DNA from: Eledone cirrhosa
Lineage: Eukaryota
Length of the DNA: 64,000 bases
Direction of reading: 5' to 3'
NCBI GenBank assembly: GCA_964016885.1
Contig: OZ024741.1
Location: forward strand, 174,654,001-174,718,000
Below the pieces are notes generated by a model that did not search any database, was not told the origin of the DNA, and saw nothing but the letters and a program-made list of their open reading frames with translations. Made by a program: the position numbers and the translations under genes. Numbering within the stretch: the stretch's first letter is position 1; each line of letters opens with the position of its first letter. Below are positions 37,647 to 50,072 of this stretch, piece by piece.

Positions 37647-38179
37647 CAATATGTTGAAAAGGTAACACACTAGAGAGAGATAGTGCGCCATCAATAAAAC
37701 AGGGAAAAACCACCAGTGTATGGAATCTATAACCTATGAAAGGCAGGGTAGACACACAATAATTAAAAATATAAATTAAAATGTATATACGCACCTCTAT
37801 AACTATATAACACACACGTACAAATCCAAAGAGATCTGTTTCACCAAGAAGTTGTTGACTGAAATGGAATAGCCCATGGTTCATCAACGTGTGCAAGGCT
37901 ATACATTTCAGACAACTCTAAGAGAATTTAAAGCGACCTTCCAGCTACACGTGGGAGAGAGATGTCACAGCTTGTTTAGAGCAGTAAACCAGTGGTGTCT
38001 GAGGGACGAGCTGCTAGAAAGGGCAGCCTAAAACCACAGAGGAAAGACTGTTATAAGGAGCGAAATAGTGTGTTACCTTTTCAACATATTGTATTTTAAA
38101 GAGCTCAGGATTCCTTTTCCTTTGAGCACATTATTGACAGGGAATAGCGAGAGTCTATGGCTCCGTTAATTTATCGTGG

Positions 38180-38225
<46 letters not shown>

Positions 38226-38399
38226 AGAAAACTCATTGCTAGAACAGCTGTTAAAACAGCTAAATGCTGTCAAAGACAGTGATGAGCAAAAATGCCTCAG
38301 AAGATTGAGACCAATGGCCAGCGGTCAACAGAGAGACAATCCACAAGGTGGGTGGTCTCTGTTGCATATGGAGCAGTCAGTCGGTTGCTCCATATGCAA

Positions 38400-40300
38400 A
38401 TGATGCAAATAAGTGGAATATTGGTATAGGTGTGTGTTGGATGAAAAGATGTAAAAAGGAAATATTGTAAGGATTTGATAGATTTGAAATATATATATCA
38501 GTCTCCAGTTTTATGTTTTGTTTTGTTTTGTTTTGTTTTGTTATTAGTATGTCTAAGAAAGGAAGTTTTTCGTTGTTGAAATTCATCATGAATTGGATAT
38601 TAGGGTTCATATTATTGATGAGGGTTTGAAATTTCTTTAGCTCATCAGGATTTTCCCTCGACAGAATAAAACAGTCATCCAAGTATCTTTTCCAGTTTTC
38701 TTTTATATAACAACTGAATTTGCTCCCATAAATTTCTTAGGTTTGTTTGTATATTCGTAATTCATTGGTATCCCATGACTAAGTTGGCGTATGTTGATGG
38801 AACGTTTGTCCCCATGGCTGTTCCTGATTTTTGTCAGTAGGCCTTTTCATTGAACATAAAGCAGTTGTTTTTTAAAATATATTGAAGACCATCTATGATG
38901 AAATTTCTGTCAATATGGTTTGGTAGCTCATAGGGTAATGACTCCAGCCAGTATTTGATAGCCTTGATTCCGTAGTCAAGTGGAATGTTACTATATAATT
39001 TCACAACATCCAATGTAACCATGTAAGTGTTTTAGTTTAATTCATTTGGTAGATGGTCGAGTATATCTTTATCATCTTGTATAAAGCTCCGAGTGTGTTT
39101 GAGGTAAGGTTTCAATAAGATGTGCAAGAAGTTACTTAAGTGTAGTGTCTCACAAATTGGGCCTGCTATGATGGGTCTTAGTTTTAAGTTGGGTGGATTG
39201 GGTATATTTACACAATTAGTTGTCGTCTTTTGCATGTTTCGTTAATTAGTTAATTCTTGTGTATTTTCGGTAATCCATAGAGATTACTTCACATCTAAAA
39301 TTGGTGAGATAGTCTAGTTCTTTATCAGTTAGTTTCGGAATAGGTGTAGTAAATCAGTGAATCGTTTCATCACTTTCCAAAGTTTGTATTCTTTGGTTTC
39401 TTCATAGTATACATTGTCCTACAGCATATTCTACACAAAGGTTGTGTAGTGTTTGTGTTCATAATGACAACAGTGCCTCCTTTGTTGGCTTCTTTTATGA
39501 CAATACATTTGTCCTTTTTTAGATCATTTAGAGGATTCTATTGCTGTCTGATGAAACTAGACTTTATGGTATTTCCAGTTTGTCAACTGGAAAATTTGAA
39601 ATATATTCACAAACTTCATCAAGTGCTGTGTTTCTGCCTTTTGGGGGCTGATATTCGTTTTAATTAGTTTTTTGTTTTTAATTAGTTTAATTGTTTTTAA
39701 TTGTTTTTTTTTTGTCTGAAAAAAACTTTTGCTAATCTGAGGCTTCTGCAGAAGTTCGAAATATCATCTTTAATTTCTGGTTTTTGAGGAGTTGGTGTAA
39801 AATTTAGTCCTTTTTATGGGTGTTAATGATTTTTTTGATTTTTTTTTTTTAAAGATTGGTTATTTTCAGTTTCTCGTGACTGTAGACCATCTTATGTCCC
39901 TGTACATCTGGTTTCTCCCTAAAAAACAGTTATTAGGATGGGGTGGCTCTATATTATTCCTATTGTCAGTAATACTTGCGTTGTTATTCTGTTCCTTGTA
40001 TTTATTCCTTATGTGATGACTTTTGTTCAGTCTGAGAATATTCTGTAATTCCAATTGTGGGGCCTGTTCTCTCTAAAGTTGTGATTTTTCTTAGTTGTTC
40101 TGTCTTTTTATATATGTGTGTGTGCACGCGTGCAAAAAGTAAAAGGAAAAAACACAATAGTACAGTGAAGATATATATTAGTTTCAAGCCTAATATAGTA
40201 GAAAAAGTGTTAAATGTTTTGGATGCTAGCCCTTCATCAAAAAATAGAATGAGAAATTAAAGAAGAATTAGAAAGATAGAAGAGGGTGAGCAGGAGTAGA
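38400..40300 (-). mobile_element. Decayed Penelope-like retroelement (RT region)
   Basis: Ordered remnants LRPIIAGP, VTLDVVKLYSNIP, SGTAMGT, YANLVMG, WKRYLDDCF, LPFLDILI, ETDIY, with many stops and frameshifts. Degenerate hammerhead-like TTGATGAAGGGCTAGCATCCAAAAC on the minus strand at ~40217-40240. Confidence 0.85.
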
Positions 40301-43300
40301 AATGGAAAAAAATGTCTTCAGGAAAAAGCAGGTCTGTTCATTTCACCATCTCTTAGAAAACTGTTGATTTATTGTTTAGGAAGTTTCAGTTGGCTGTCTT
40401 CTGAAAGGCTGTGATCAATAGCATCTTATATAGTTCTGAAAAAGCAAAAATCCTTATAAATTTATAGTCAATATGTATGTAAGTGTGTATGTTTGTTGTT
40501 TATCTGTACAATACTGTGAGGATATATGTGTGTATAAGTTTAAGAGAGTGTGTATGTGTGTGTGTTGTTTGTCTGTACAGAGCTGTGGGGATATGTAAGT
40601 GTAAGTGTAGAGATGTGTGCATGTTTGTTGTTGGTCTGTACAAAGTTGTGAGGGTCTGTGTTTCTGACCATAATGAAGCTCTAGAAAAGTCGAGGGGTGA
40701 ATATGAAACAGCAGATGAGGTAGGGGGTGACAGTGGCTAGGTGTATAGAAGCATGTGCAAAGGTAAATATAGGTTAAAGAAAATGTGGAGAGAAGTTGTG
40801 TCCATTTGAGAAAGTGGATCGAAGGTGGAAAATCAAGTTCTGCTCAGTTCCTGTGTGTGAGTGAAGCCAGCAATCTATGATGCAATAGAACTATATATAT
40901 ATTTAATCATAATTTTATGTTCACTTTCTATGCCGCCATAAGTTGGACTGATCAGATCTTAGTCAAAATTACTACTGGCCTCAATGGCTTCAAAGATCAC
41001 ATATCGTGGGTCGTATACATTTTTTTTTTTTATTGTGGTGATAACAATGACAACAACAACAAGGCAGAGGAAGTGTAAAGGGAAAAGAAAAAAAAGAAAA
41101 TCCAGTAATGCTGATAATCAATCTGTTTGATGCTCTCTGACCAGGTGTGATCAATAATTCTTGTTTTATTGACAGTATGTGGTTTATTTGTTTCACACAC
41201 ACACACATACACATCGTGAACAATGGGCATAAAACAGATTGACTCAACAGATTTAACTTTATCAAATACATACACAGAGAAAGAGAGAGAGAGATAGTGT
41301 TCAGCCCACACTGGAATATGGAAGTGCTAGTGTCATGATAAAATGCACCCATCCCACTCTGTAAAGTGGTAGGTCTGGCGCTATGATAAAATGTACCCAT
41401 CCCGTTCTGTAAGTTGGTGGTGCTGGTGCCATGATAAAATGCACCCAGTCTGCTCTGTTAGATGGTAGGGGTGATGCAATGATTAAACAAACCCGGTATA
41501 TGCAGTAAAGTGGTTAGCATTAAGAGGGGCATCCAATCATTGGAACGTATGAGCAAGACAGTTATCTGACCTGGTTATCTAGCCACAGTGATGATGATGA
41601 TGATGATATAATTGCCATGTGTATCCCAGTTCTTAGAATAGGTACACTGTATCCGTGCATGTCATAAGAGGTGACTAAAAAGGTTGGTGTCAGGAAGGGC
41701 ATCTGGCTGTTAGACATTGTCTCAAAACATCCTGTCCAACCAATACCAACATGGAAAAATGGATGTAAAAATGATGATGATGATGATGAAATACCAAGAA
41801 AATATATTCAAAACTCTTGTAGGAAGCAGTGCTACAACTTGGCCACTATGCAAAAGTGATTCTTTTTTTCTTTTTTTTTTTTCTTGTAAAATTTGAACTC
41901 AGTTTTCTCCATGCTAGGATAGTCATGCAAATTATTACACATAAATGTATTCCCTGCTAAATGAGTGTTATGTCTAATTTTCATACTTCTTTCTCTTAGT
42001 ATATAAATATGTTTGGTGTTATATTGATAAAATCTGATAGGGCAGTGGATTGGCAATAGAGCGGTGGCTTGGCAGTATCGGTAGAGAGTCGGTCGCCATG
42101 CTTTGCAGCATGGAGTTACGGTCTGAGTTCAAATCCCGCCGAGGTTAACTTTGCCTTTCATCCTTACAAGGGTCGATAAAATAAAGTACCAGTAATGCAC
42201 TGGGGTAATTGCTGGCCTTGTGCTAAAAGTAGAAACAGTTATAGTGATAAAATGTAAAATTTAGAAAATTGACTTCCAAAATATTCCAAATATTCACCAC
42301 CACTACTTTAGTGTATAAGGTGTCAACTAAAGGATCTCACCTAAACCCACATTACAATGGCTAAATCAGAAAGCAGTTATTTTATTTATTGTAATTCTTT
42401 TTGACCATTGTTCCTTACTAGCATCTTGTTTCTCAGTTTTAGTCAACAAAACTTGTGAATTACAAGTTATTTATATTTAATATGTCCAACTCATGCCAGC
42501 TGTGTGGGAGGGGAGACATATTAAATGATGAGGATAATAATGATGATGATCATTATGAGGGTGATGGTGGTGGTGATATTACTACTACTACTGCTTCTGC
42601 TCTTCAGAGAGCTATTTTGTCTCATGACCACCTCCACACAGGCACCCAGTGATTCTGAATGTGGGCTACACACTCCACAAGGGAAAAAATTGAATTTATT
42701 TGGGGCTTTTTTTGGAAGTGGGGAGACAATTTCAAATTGCAACACATTATAAAATTATATCCAATTAATTTTACAATAACATGTTGCGGTTTGAAAACTA
42801 ACAGTTTTGTATCATAGAACCGGGGCTGATTTCAGGGAGTTTAATATCAAAAAGGTTAAACAGTCCCAAACATTTTCCCATCAGTATATCTCTGGGGTTT
42901 GATAAAATATGTACTAAAACCTCCTTTGGACTATAAAATAAAACCACCCATTTTAAACAGTTCCTATTTAAATTAAAATCTTCTGACATAATTTTATATA
43001 AGAACGATATGTTACATTATTCTCTTAGTATATAAGCCATGCAAAGGCTTATAAAGGTCTTTCCTGATATTCTCTGAGGTTCCTTTTATACCCCTTGATA
43101 AATAATTAATAATTATAGTAAATCCCTAAAAAAATGTTCATCAATTAATCAAAATAGAGCGCATTTCATTAGAAATGTAATCATGAAAGGGTTAAGTTGA
43201 TTAAATTGACAGAATTGTTAAAATGTTAGACAAAATATCTGAAATGCAATCTCGATGTGGATGGAATTATAGTAGAACTTAACTATATTTTATCAGTTCC

Positions 43301-43410
43301 CTACAAATTTGAAGCCAATGTAAAAAAAAAATAAAAAAACCTTTGATCAATTTACCTCACAAGATGATAATAACAATATTTATATTATTTATTTATGTTT
43401 TATTTTGCAG

Positions 43411-43499
43411 CAAGATGTGAACCAGTTATCTGATGTAGAAAAGTTATTGTTGTACCTCAAACTTCCTACTGGCGCCACCAATGATGATCAACTCACACT
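43411..43499 (+). CDS. RFX7: RFX7-like gene exon, RFX5/7 N-terminal helical region (QDVNQLSDVEKLLLYLKLPTG)
   Basis: ttttgcag acceptor and gtatgt donor at 43500. The EKLxLYLxLPxG motif is characteristic of the RFX5/RFX7 N-terminus. 89 nt, ends in phase 2. Confidence 0.92.
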
Positions 43500-44791
43500 G
43501 TATGTACTGATTGCTCCTACATTTTTTTTCATTTATCTCACTAGTTGGCAAGGGTCAGAGAGATCGGTCAACTTTCTTGGGGAACGAAACTCAACCATTA
43601 TTATGTTTCTATTTTCATTATAGACTGCAGATAAACTTTAGAATAATGTGGAAGAGTGACTAACTGGAATGTTTTGTTAATAATGTCTTTGTGAGTGGTC
43701 AGGAGAATGAAGCCTATCTTCATAGTCCAGCACTTTAACTCCACTCAACTACTTAATTACCTTGTTGAACACTTAACTTCTGAATTATCTTATTGAATAA
43801 GGGCTCCAAGGGCTTGATTTTCATTTCTCAGTAAAATGATTAACATTGTAGCAATGATCCAGTTAGCAAAATCGATAAGTATAATGAGGTGTGGTAAATA
43901 AATATATACATATACATCTGATCCGAATGTAATTAAACCAAACTCCCACCGCCGTCACTGCCTCCGTCTCTTCGCTCTCCCCATATTTCAGTAATAGAAT
44001 TTTTAACATATCGGGAAAAGGGCATTGCAGTATTTAACAATAGTGACTTTAGGTCATGGATGATACTTGAGCTTGGTGATGGCTAATCAAAGACATGAAC
44101 AATGGTTGGAAAATATTACAAATCAAGAATGAATGTAATATTCCGAGATATTTCTTGTTGGTTTGAAATACATGCACTTGACTGTAACAGTATTCTGGCT
44201 AAGTCTGAGTGCTGGAATTGCCACTGGCATTGAGTTATGTCCCTTTACATTCTAAGTCCAAATCCTGCTGTGGTTAACTTTGCCTTTCCTCCTTCCAAGG
44301 TCAATGGAATTAAGTACCAATTAAGTATTGGTGTCAATTTAATTGACTACCCTCTGATTTAGAGCCTTGTGACTATTGTTGAAACAATTATTTTTTTGGC
44401 ATTATTAAGGCATTGGATTGGTAGAATCAGCAGTGTTGCACAAAAGACATTGTTGTGTTGAGTAGTCTCCTTTAACTTTCTGAGTTCAAATCAAGCCATG
44501 GTCAACTTCAACATTCATCCTTCTGGAGTTGATAAAATATGTACCAGTCTAGTACTGGGGTCAATTTAAGTGACCTATTGTGATGTATAATAAACTGAAA
44601 CAATCACCTCAGTTTTGTTGTGTGGCGTGGACATAATTGATGACTAGATTGACCAGTATAGAATAGTCCAACAATTGCTAGCAGGGAAAGTGGACATTGA
44701 ACTATGACAAGATGATTGTATTGACTGAACGTTAAGACATTTTGTAACCAATTGAGAGTTCAAGTAACCGACTAGGAGTTCATGTAATTGA

Positions 44792-45200
44792 TCTTCTTCT
44801 TCACCCACTTATTCCTGAGAGGGTTGTGGAGACAGAGTCCTCAAACACACCTTCCAGCAGGTCCTGTCAGAAGCAACCATCTCCAACTGATCCAACTGGA
44901 TCCCCAAGTGAGACCAGCCAAACTCATGGATGTTATCCAACCATCTTGCTCGGGGTCTACCCTTGGGTCTCTTGCCAGTTGGTTTTGCCCATAAAATCTG
45001 TCCAACAATTCTTTCCTGAGACATTCTAACCACATGCCCATAGTATCAGAACTGTGATCTCTTAATTCAGAGAAGTAGCGGCTCTACCAGAAGTGACTCT
45101 CTGATCTCCAAACTACACACTTTATGAAGTAACGTTACTCCAAAGACCCTTTGGAGGACCCCATTTCAGCTGCTTGTATTCACGGTCATATTTTTTCAGT
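44792..45200 (-). mobile_element. RTE-type LINE 3' fragment with (GAA)n tail
   Basis: GKRPKGRPRARWLD in ORF 44809..45033. The same family recurs at ~47583-47831, 52190-52330 and 52537-52800. Confidence 0.8.
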
Positions 45201-48200
45201 ATCAATTAAGTATTTATGCCAACTCTTACCTATGGTCATGAATCTTGGATAATGACCAAAAGAATATGATCATGTGACTGGTAATTGATTAAATATGTGT
45301 TAATTCTTAGCCTCTTGTACCCCATGAAACCACATTAGTAAAGCATTCTTAGAAATTACAAAACACCATGATGACAGCATTAAAAATTAAAGCTATTACT
45401 TTAGTTTACTGCAAATTTTCACAATAATCTGTTCACTAGTAAAGATGTTATAAACATTTGAATTAATAAACCTATTTTTACAGATTTTCTTCTAAATAAT
45501 TACAGAATATAAAGAGTTAAATCATTTATCTAAAATACATGCAACATCTTAGTAGTTTAAACTAAAGATATAAAGAACTAGAGAATAAATAGTTGGTTTT
45601 TGTTACAGCCAAACTCTATATTAGAGAATACTGCATAGTCTGTTTCATTTTGAAAATGATCAAGAATTTTGAGGGACTTGATAATATAACTAACTATCTC
45701 ATTAATCTGATGTTTGGAACATAACTTAGAAAAGGTTCTTACATAAAACTGTGATAGAACGGTTTTAGATAAACATAAACACTTTATCCATTTCATTAAC
45801 ATATAATTCTAATGAAAGACACTGCCTATGGTTTTCAAATGATTTTGAAAATAATCATGAGTTTGGAGGGATTTTGTAACTTTTTCATTATTAAGCTGGT
45901 GTTTGGAGCATGACCTAACAAAAGTTCTAACATAGAATTAAAGCTGAAGGTTTTTAGATAAATATAAAAACTTTAAAACAAACAATTTTGTATTGCCAAA
46001 CCAGAGCTATTGGTTTCAAAAGGGTTAATGTATTAGTTGTTTTACACAGTTAACTGTTTTTCAGTAAACAAAAAATCATGCAGAGTTTTTTGAAAAAAAA
46101 AAAAAAGAGAATTAAATTCCCTAACTTTAACAGGTTTAGTAGTTGGGTTGGGGTTGAAGAGATAAGATATGATTGAAAAGAAATCATACAAAATTTAAGA
46201 AATAATCACCTTAAAGCAGTGACTATGTTTCCACAATTGATTTGGTTTAGAGATGATAAATGAAAAAGAATAAAAGAAGAAAAAAGAAAGAATTTTACAA
46301 AACAGCTCTATAAAATCAACACCCAAATACCAACCATGTAGATGTATGTGTATGTGTGTGTGTTTACGTTTGTGTACGTGTATATATTTGTATGTGTGAT
46401 GTATCTGTATATAGTTCTGTCTGTGAAAGTGTATGCATATATGTTTGTTTTGTATGAAGGAAGTGTGTGTGTATAAATACCTTTGTGTATGTGTATACAT
46501 TTTGTATGTGAAGGTGTATGTGTATACATTTATGTGTGTGAAGGAAGTGTATGTGTATACATGCACATGTGTGAATAAGAATATAACTAATGCAGTTTAT
46601 CACAAATGTGGCAACAAGTTATTGGCAACAAATCAAAATAAATTTCCTTAGCAATAATTTGACTTGTGGGAACTACATACTATATTGCTTCCTATCTTGA
46701 GCCCTTAACTCCTGTTATGAGTCGTAGGCATGTCATGATGACATAGACTCTATATCTTGGGCATTTTATCTGGCACTGCCTCCTCCACTCCAGGTCTGAC
46801 TATAGACAAATTATAATAGAAAGAGATAGAGAAGAAAAACAATCTATAATTGGGCTGGTACTTTATCATGACATCTTGGACATTTTAAATCTCCCTTCCT
46901 CCAGATTTTGCCATGGGTGGTTTCTTCTAAAAAGAGGAAGCAGAGAAGAAGAATTTACTCCAGTTTTAGGTTGGTACTTTATTTATAGGCCTTGAAAGAA
47001 TGAAAGTAAAGTTGACCTCACTGGAATTTTAACTCTCAGCACAGAGAGCCAAAATGAATACTGCAAGTCATGCTATCTGATGCACTTACAAAATCTGTTA
47101 ATTCACTGCCTCACACACTACATTATTTTAATTCAACTACACAGTAGCAAAATTAAAGAGGAACAGCTGAGGCAGTAGAGTGCAGGACTAAACACATTAT
47201 ATGACTGGTGGGTTGGCAGAATCATTAGAGTAGTGGACAAAATGCTTTGCAGTATTTAATTACGGCCCTTTACATTCTGAGTTCAAAACCCTCTGTAATC
47301 AACTTTCCTCTTCCCACTAGCTGTTGGCCTTGTGCTTAAATTAGAAATCATTATTTACTTACAAAGGTTCAAACATTGTTACAAATAAAATGTAATGGAT
47401 ATTTTAATCAAATTTGCTTTATATACTTTTTATGAACCTATGCTTCCCATTACTAAACTAAAACATGCTTGTGGCAGACAAAAGAATGGGAAGTAAAAGT
47501 TGTACCAGTATGGTTCAAAGTGTTAAATTGATGAGACCATGAATAGGTTAAAAAAAACCTCAAAGGATATTTTCTTTTCTTCTCCTTCTTCTTCACCCAC
47601 TTATTCCTGAGAGGGTCACGGGGGCAAAGTCCTCAAACACTCCTTCCAAGGGTCCTGTCAAAAGCAACTGTCTCCAATTGATCCAGCTGGTTCTCCAAAT
47701 GTGACCAGCCGGATCTCCGAATGTGACCAGCCACGCTCATGGATGTTATCCAACCATTCTGTTCTGGGTCTCTTGCCGGTTGCTTTTGCCCGTAAAATCT
47801 GTCCAGCGGTTCTTTCCTGAGACATTCTAACTTTTAAAATCCTGTAATGATTTTGCAGGAACTATCTAAAAAGGAATTTAATTCAAATGTTTGTAGTATC
47901 TTTATTTGTTGACAGATCATTGTGAAAATTTACAGTAATAGGATAAAAACTTTGACTTTTAATGTGATACAGTCATAGTGCTGTCTTGTACTTCTCAAGA
48001 TGTCTTGCTAAAGTGGTTTCATGTAGTTTGTTTATTCAAATGTTTATTGTAAGTACTTTGCTTGTAGAGAAATCATTGTGAAAATGTGTGGTATTAGAGT
48101 GAAAACTTCAATTTTTAATGTGATTCAGTCATAATGTTTTATACTTTTTGGAAATATTTTGCCAATATGGTTTCATGCAGCTCGGGATGTTAAGAGTTGA

Positions 48201-48998
48201 AAGAAGTTTGTTCTTATTTGTATGTCTAAAGAACCATTTATCATTTACTGTATACATTTTTTATACTAAACCACATGATTCCTCCTTGAATTTATAATAC
48301 AAAACTGTTCATTTTAAAACCTTCCATCATAATTTTATTTTAGAATTTATTGTTGAATAATGTTATAAGTATCAGCTTACTAATAGAAAATATTATTTTA
48401 TTAAATTCCTCCAAAATGTTGGTTATTTTGAAAGATTAATTGAAACACACAGGCAGTGTATTTCACTAGAAATACAGTAATGAAAGGGTTAGCAGTATGG
48501 TTTTATTGAAGTCATAATCATGGCGATTGCACATCACCTTGAAATTCACAAAATATTTTTAGCAGAATCATTAGAACATTGGACAAATTGCTTTGCAGCA
48601 TTAGTTGCGACTTTTATGTTCTGTGTTCAAATCCCACAGAACTCAACTTTGCTTTTCATCCTTCCAGGTTCGATAAAATAAAATACCAGTCAAATACTGG
48701 AGTTCAATATACCCATCAGACACCATGGTTTGCGGCATAGAGTTGCGGCCCTTTACCTTCTAAGTTCAAATCCCACCGAGGTTAGCTTTGCCTTTCATCC
48801 ATACGGGAGTCGATAAATAAAGCACCAGTAATACACTGGGGTCGATTTAATCAACTTTCCCCTCCCTTTCAGATTGCTGGCCTTGTGCCTAAAGTAGAAA
48901 CAACTATTTTATTATAGTTGAGTTTGGTTCAGATTGTAGTTTACTCTTCCTTGCTCCCAACAATGTTCTATTATATTATTCCTGTTCCTCTTTTCTAG

Positions 48999-49127
48999 CA
49001 GTCCAACCTCATCTCTGCATACAACAAGCCGTGTTGAACAGACTCAAGCATTCACTTGGATTAAGAGCCACTTGGAAGAGAACTGTGATATCTGTCTACC
49101 CAAAAAAGAAGTATATGAAGAATATAG
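48999..49127 (+). CDS. RFX7: RFX7-like gene exon, start of RFX DNA-binding domain (SRVEQTQAFTWIKSHLEENCDICLPKKEVYEEY)
   Basis: ttttctag|cag acceptor and gtatta donor. 129 nt, phase 2-2. Contains the AFxWI..LEE....LPK.EVY.EY RFX DBD signature. Confidence 0.95.
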
Positions 49128-49955
49128 GTATTACTACTAATAGTATTTGAGTGTGTTAGTCACTATTAATGACATCATCAATACATTCATTTTTCTGTTA
49201 TATAGTGCAGTTGTGTGTGTGTGTCTAGTGGTTTGTAGTAGGAAGGGCATCCAGCTATAGAATACCTGCAAAACAAAGGGTTGGGATGATTCTTCAGCTG
49301 TGTCAAAAACATGACAACCTCCCTAGTGCTGCTGCCATGATAAAATGTATTCAGTAGAGTGTTGGAACATATGTAAGCGAGATGTAGACCTGCAGCTCAT
49401 CTCAGAAGTCAGTAGCTCCACTTGAGTACTGACTTGGTCTGTGAAGACCTGCCCAATCCTTGCTAGAAGAGAAGATGGATGTTAAATGATGAGGATGATG
49501 ATCATCATCATCATCATCAATTAATGTTTACTTTCCTTGCTAGCAAAGGTAGGGTGAGTCCTTGTAGACTAAGTCAGAACTAAAGCAGGGCTACTGACTT
49601 CCCAGACAGGCTGAGGGGTCTGTATCCTGCTTACATAAGGTCACATTGAGTGCAGAGGAAAAGTTGTTGTGTCTTTTGACACAAACTGAAGGGCCCTCCT
49701 AACCCCTTGTTTAGCAAGCTTTCTACGGATATATGCTCTTCCTAATACCAACCACTTTACAGCATGTACTAGGTGATTTTATTGTGTAGATTACCAACAC
49801 TAGGGAGGCTGTCATAAACTTGACACACAACTAAAGAGTCCTCCCAACCCTTTATATAGATATTCACACAAATACATTGTGTGTGTGTACATAATACTTT
49901 TTTTTTCAAAATGATATTAATGATAATAATGATGACCACTTATTGCTGTTTTCAG

Positions 49956-50072
49956 AAATTACTGCGAAAGCCTCTCCCTTCGTCCACTCAGCACAGCTGA
50001 CTTTGGTAAGATTATGAAATGTGTCTTTCCAAACATCAAGCCAAGACGTTTAGGCCAGAGAGGTCAATCAAA
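49956..50072 (+). CDS. RFX7: RFX7-like gene exon, RFX DBD core ([39 protein letters not shown])
   Basis: ttttcag acceptor. PLS.ADFGKI.K.VFP..K.RRLG.RG.SK is the RFX winged-helix signature. 117 nt, followed by the U12-type donor GTATCCTTT. Confidence 0.97.
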
